Shown here: piece after piece, positions 62,497 to 64,000 of the stretch
Numbering within the stretch: position 1 is the first letter of the stretch
How the letters are laid out: every line of letters begins with the position of its first letter
Assembly: GCA_963756425.1 (NCBI GenBank)
Contig: CAVWNW010000003.1
Coordinates: forward strand, 117,642-181,641
DNA length: 64,000 nucleotides
Direction of reading: 5' to 3'
From: an uncultured bacterium
Lineage (GTDB): Bacteria > Actinomycetota > Acidimicrobiia > Acidimicrobiales > VFJN01
The notes under the pieces: model-generated
Databases searched by the model: none
What the model was told of the DNA's origin: nothing
What the model saw: only the letters and a program-made list of their open reading frames with translations
Translations under genes and position numbers: made by a program

Positions 62497-62699
62497 GCCG
62501 TCGTCCCTTTCGTCGGGGAGTTGATCGAGCTCGAGCTCATGCCTCGGATGATGCTGGGAGCCGGCTGAGCGTCCGCTGAATCCCGCAGGGGATGTGGGCG
62601 CCGGGTGTCAGCGGGCGTTCAGGCGCCGGCGCTGATTCATCCCTTGGATAGGAGGCGGCCGCCCGTAATGTCATCGCCAACCATGCGAGGGGTTCCCCC

Positions 62700-63407
62700 G
62701 TGAGCGATCCGCCGACCGAGTCTTCCCCGGTGAGCGATGCACCGGATGGAGGCACCGCGCCCGGGGACTCCGAGACGCACGAGGTGAGCGGGGGCGAACG
62801 GCGGTTCGAGATCGTCGCCACCGTCCTCCTCGCGCTGACGGCGCTGGCCACAGCCTGGAGCGGCTACCAGGCGTCGCTGTGGGACGGGATCCAGTCGAGC
62901 AACTACACCCAGGCGTCCGCGGCCCGCACCGAGGCCTCGCAGAACCACACCGAGGCCAACCAGTTCCGGCTGGGTGACCTCAGCGAGTTCGAGAACTACA
63001 TCGACGCCACCGTCGGCGGCGATGCGCCGCTGGCCGACTTCTACCGCCAGCGGTTCCGTGACGAGTTCGAGCCGGCATTCGCGGCATGGATCGCCCTCGA
63101 CCCGTTCACCAACCCGGATGCCCCCGCGAGCCCGTTGGCGATGCCGGAGTACCGGCTCGCCGACGACCAGGAGGCGAAGGATCTCGACGCCCGTGCGGAG
63201 GCAAAGTTCAAGGAGGGCGAAGACGCCAACAACTTCTCCGACACCTACACCGCCGCGACCTTGTTCTTCGCGGCGGCGCTCTTCTTCGCCGCGATCTCCG
63301 AACGTTTCAGCTACCGGCGTGCCCGCGCCAGCCTGCTCGCCTTCGCGGCGATCGGGCTCGTCGGGGGAGCCATCCTCATGGCCACCCAACCGGTGACCAC
63401 CGGCTGA
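62700..63407 (+). CDS. Membrane protein, DUF4337-like (acidic N-terminus, two TM helices flanking a helical domain)
   Basis: FEIVATVLLALTALATAWSGYQA and ATLFFAAALFFAAI hydrophobic segments. The family call is tentative. Confidence 0.5.
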   Translation: MSDPPTESSPVSDAPDGGTAPGDSETHEVSGGERRFEIVATVLLALTALATAWSGYQASLWDGIQSSNYTQASAARTEASQNHTEANQFRLGDLSEFENYIDATVGGDAPLADFYRQRFRDEFEPAFAAWIALDPFTNPDAPASPLAMPEYRLADDQEAKDLDARAEAKFKEGEDANNFSDTYTAATLFFAAALFFAAISERFSYRRARASLLAFAAIGLVGGAILMATQPVTTG

Positions 63408-63525
63408 GGGTCAAGGCCCAGCTGGTGGTAAGCCGCGTACTTCACGAACGGCACGGCTCCGGCCGAGGGGTCCAGCCAGTCGCCGCGCTTGATCTCACCT
63501 TTCTTGACGGTCAGCCAGATCACCG

Positions 63526-64000
63526 TCAGGCCGGGGCTGCTGGTTTCGCCGCGGCTGCGCGGGCCTGCTTGCGGCTGGCCATGAGGTACTTGACGGCCTC
63601 CATGGTGAGGAAGGCGGTGACGACGGCGATCAGGATGGGTGCGGTCTGCAGCGCCCCGACCTGGGTCAGGAAGGCGGCCATCAGCACCATGGAGAACGGT
63701 GCGGGCGCGAGCGCCCCGGGGACAGCGGCGAGCAGGCAGGTGAACGCCAGCCCCAATGGCACGTCGGGGATGACCTCGTGGACGAGGACTCCGGCGGTTC
63801 CGCCGATGAACAGCGAGGGGAAGATGGGCCCGCCGACGAAACCGCTGCCCTGGCTGACGGCGAAGGTGAGCATCTTGGCGATCAAGATGGCGGCGAGGAG
63901 ACCCAGGCCCAGGGTCCCGGCGTCATCGAGTACGGTCGTGAGCTGATCGCCGCCGGAGAACATCGTCAGCGGCAGTGCCACGCCGACGATCCCGAATACC
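63526..64000 (-). CDS. ClC-family chloride channel/antiporter, C-terminal part (5' end beyond window)
   Basis: The frame is open to the window edge. ClC-like TM segments are present (GSGFVGGPIFPSLFIGGTAG). Confidence 0.7.
   Translation of the reverse strand, partial: VFGIVGVALPLTMFSGGDQLTTVLDDAGTLGLGLLAAILIAKMLTFAVSQGSGFVGGPIFPSLFIGGTAGVLVHEVIPDVPLGLAFTCLLAAVPGALAPAPFSMVLMAAFLTQVGALQTAPILIAVVTAFLTMEAVKYLMASRKQARAAAAKPAAPA

Noticed and set aside
62527-62538. Perfect 12-bp palindrome GAGCTCGAGCTC in the divergent region between the lipoprotein and DUF4337-like genes
   Set aside because: It is a single short GC-rich palindrome with no second copy or partner regulator nearby. It is plausibly chance in this composition.

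Overview
This is a high-GC (about 70% by eye, not computed) actinobacterial-type chromosomal segment. It is almost fully coding, with about 65 genes, many joined by 4-nt ATGA/GTGA stop/start overlaps. All family calls come from motif recognition in the supplied translations; no database search was possible. I saw no rRNA, tRNA, CRISPR array, integrase or transposase.

Content is dominated by acyl-CoA metabolism:
- 5 adenylate-forming acyl-CoA ligases
- 2 pairs of acyl-CoA dehydrogenase genes
- 2 crotonases
- 4 hotdog/MaoC genes
- 5 SDRs
- a tandem-fused family III CoA-transferase
- a KshA-like Rieske oxygenase
- 2 PF04909-type amidohydrolases
- F420-type enzymes
- no thiolase

Other content includes:
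- a LIV-type ABC importer operon under a divergent GntR regulator
- a carotenoid-cleavage oxygenase with a TetR regulator
- a copper amine oxidase divergent from an FAD oxidase
- a yeast-type cytosine deaminase
- a DUF222-HNH gene
- small membrane proteins
- the 3' end of a ClC channel gene

Observations most worth a second look:
1. A translationally chained MaoC dehydratase / crotonyl-CoA carboxylase-reductase (CCR) homologue / acyl-CoA ligase / PECR-like reductase cassette lies at 55417-60264.
2. A 92-bp tandem duplication sits exactly in an ATGA gene junction (30581-30768). It regenerates the junction, creates two 31-codon relay ORFs, and places the start codons in hairpins.
3. A 94-bp nested-palindrome element occurs with identical 0/29/50/79 geometry at two convergent gene ends (11208-11301 and 22352-22445). 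Compensatory arm changes keep the stems paired.
4. A 2.7-kb plus-strand segment is bounded by a perfect AT-rich 13-mer direct repeat. It carries a decayed S8 protease reading in frame into a YibE/F gene.
5. A HadA-HadB-HadC-like hotdog trio sits inside a catabolic dehydrogenase operon.
6. Four otherwise intact genes are each broken by a single-base frame shift in a G/C run. These are either assembly indels or very recent pseudogenes.
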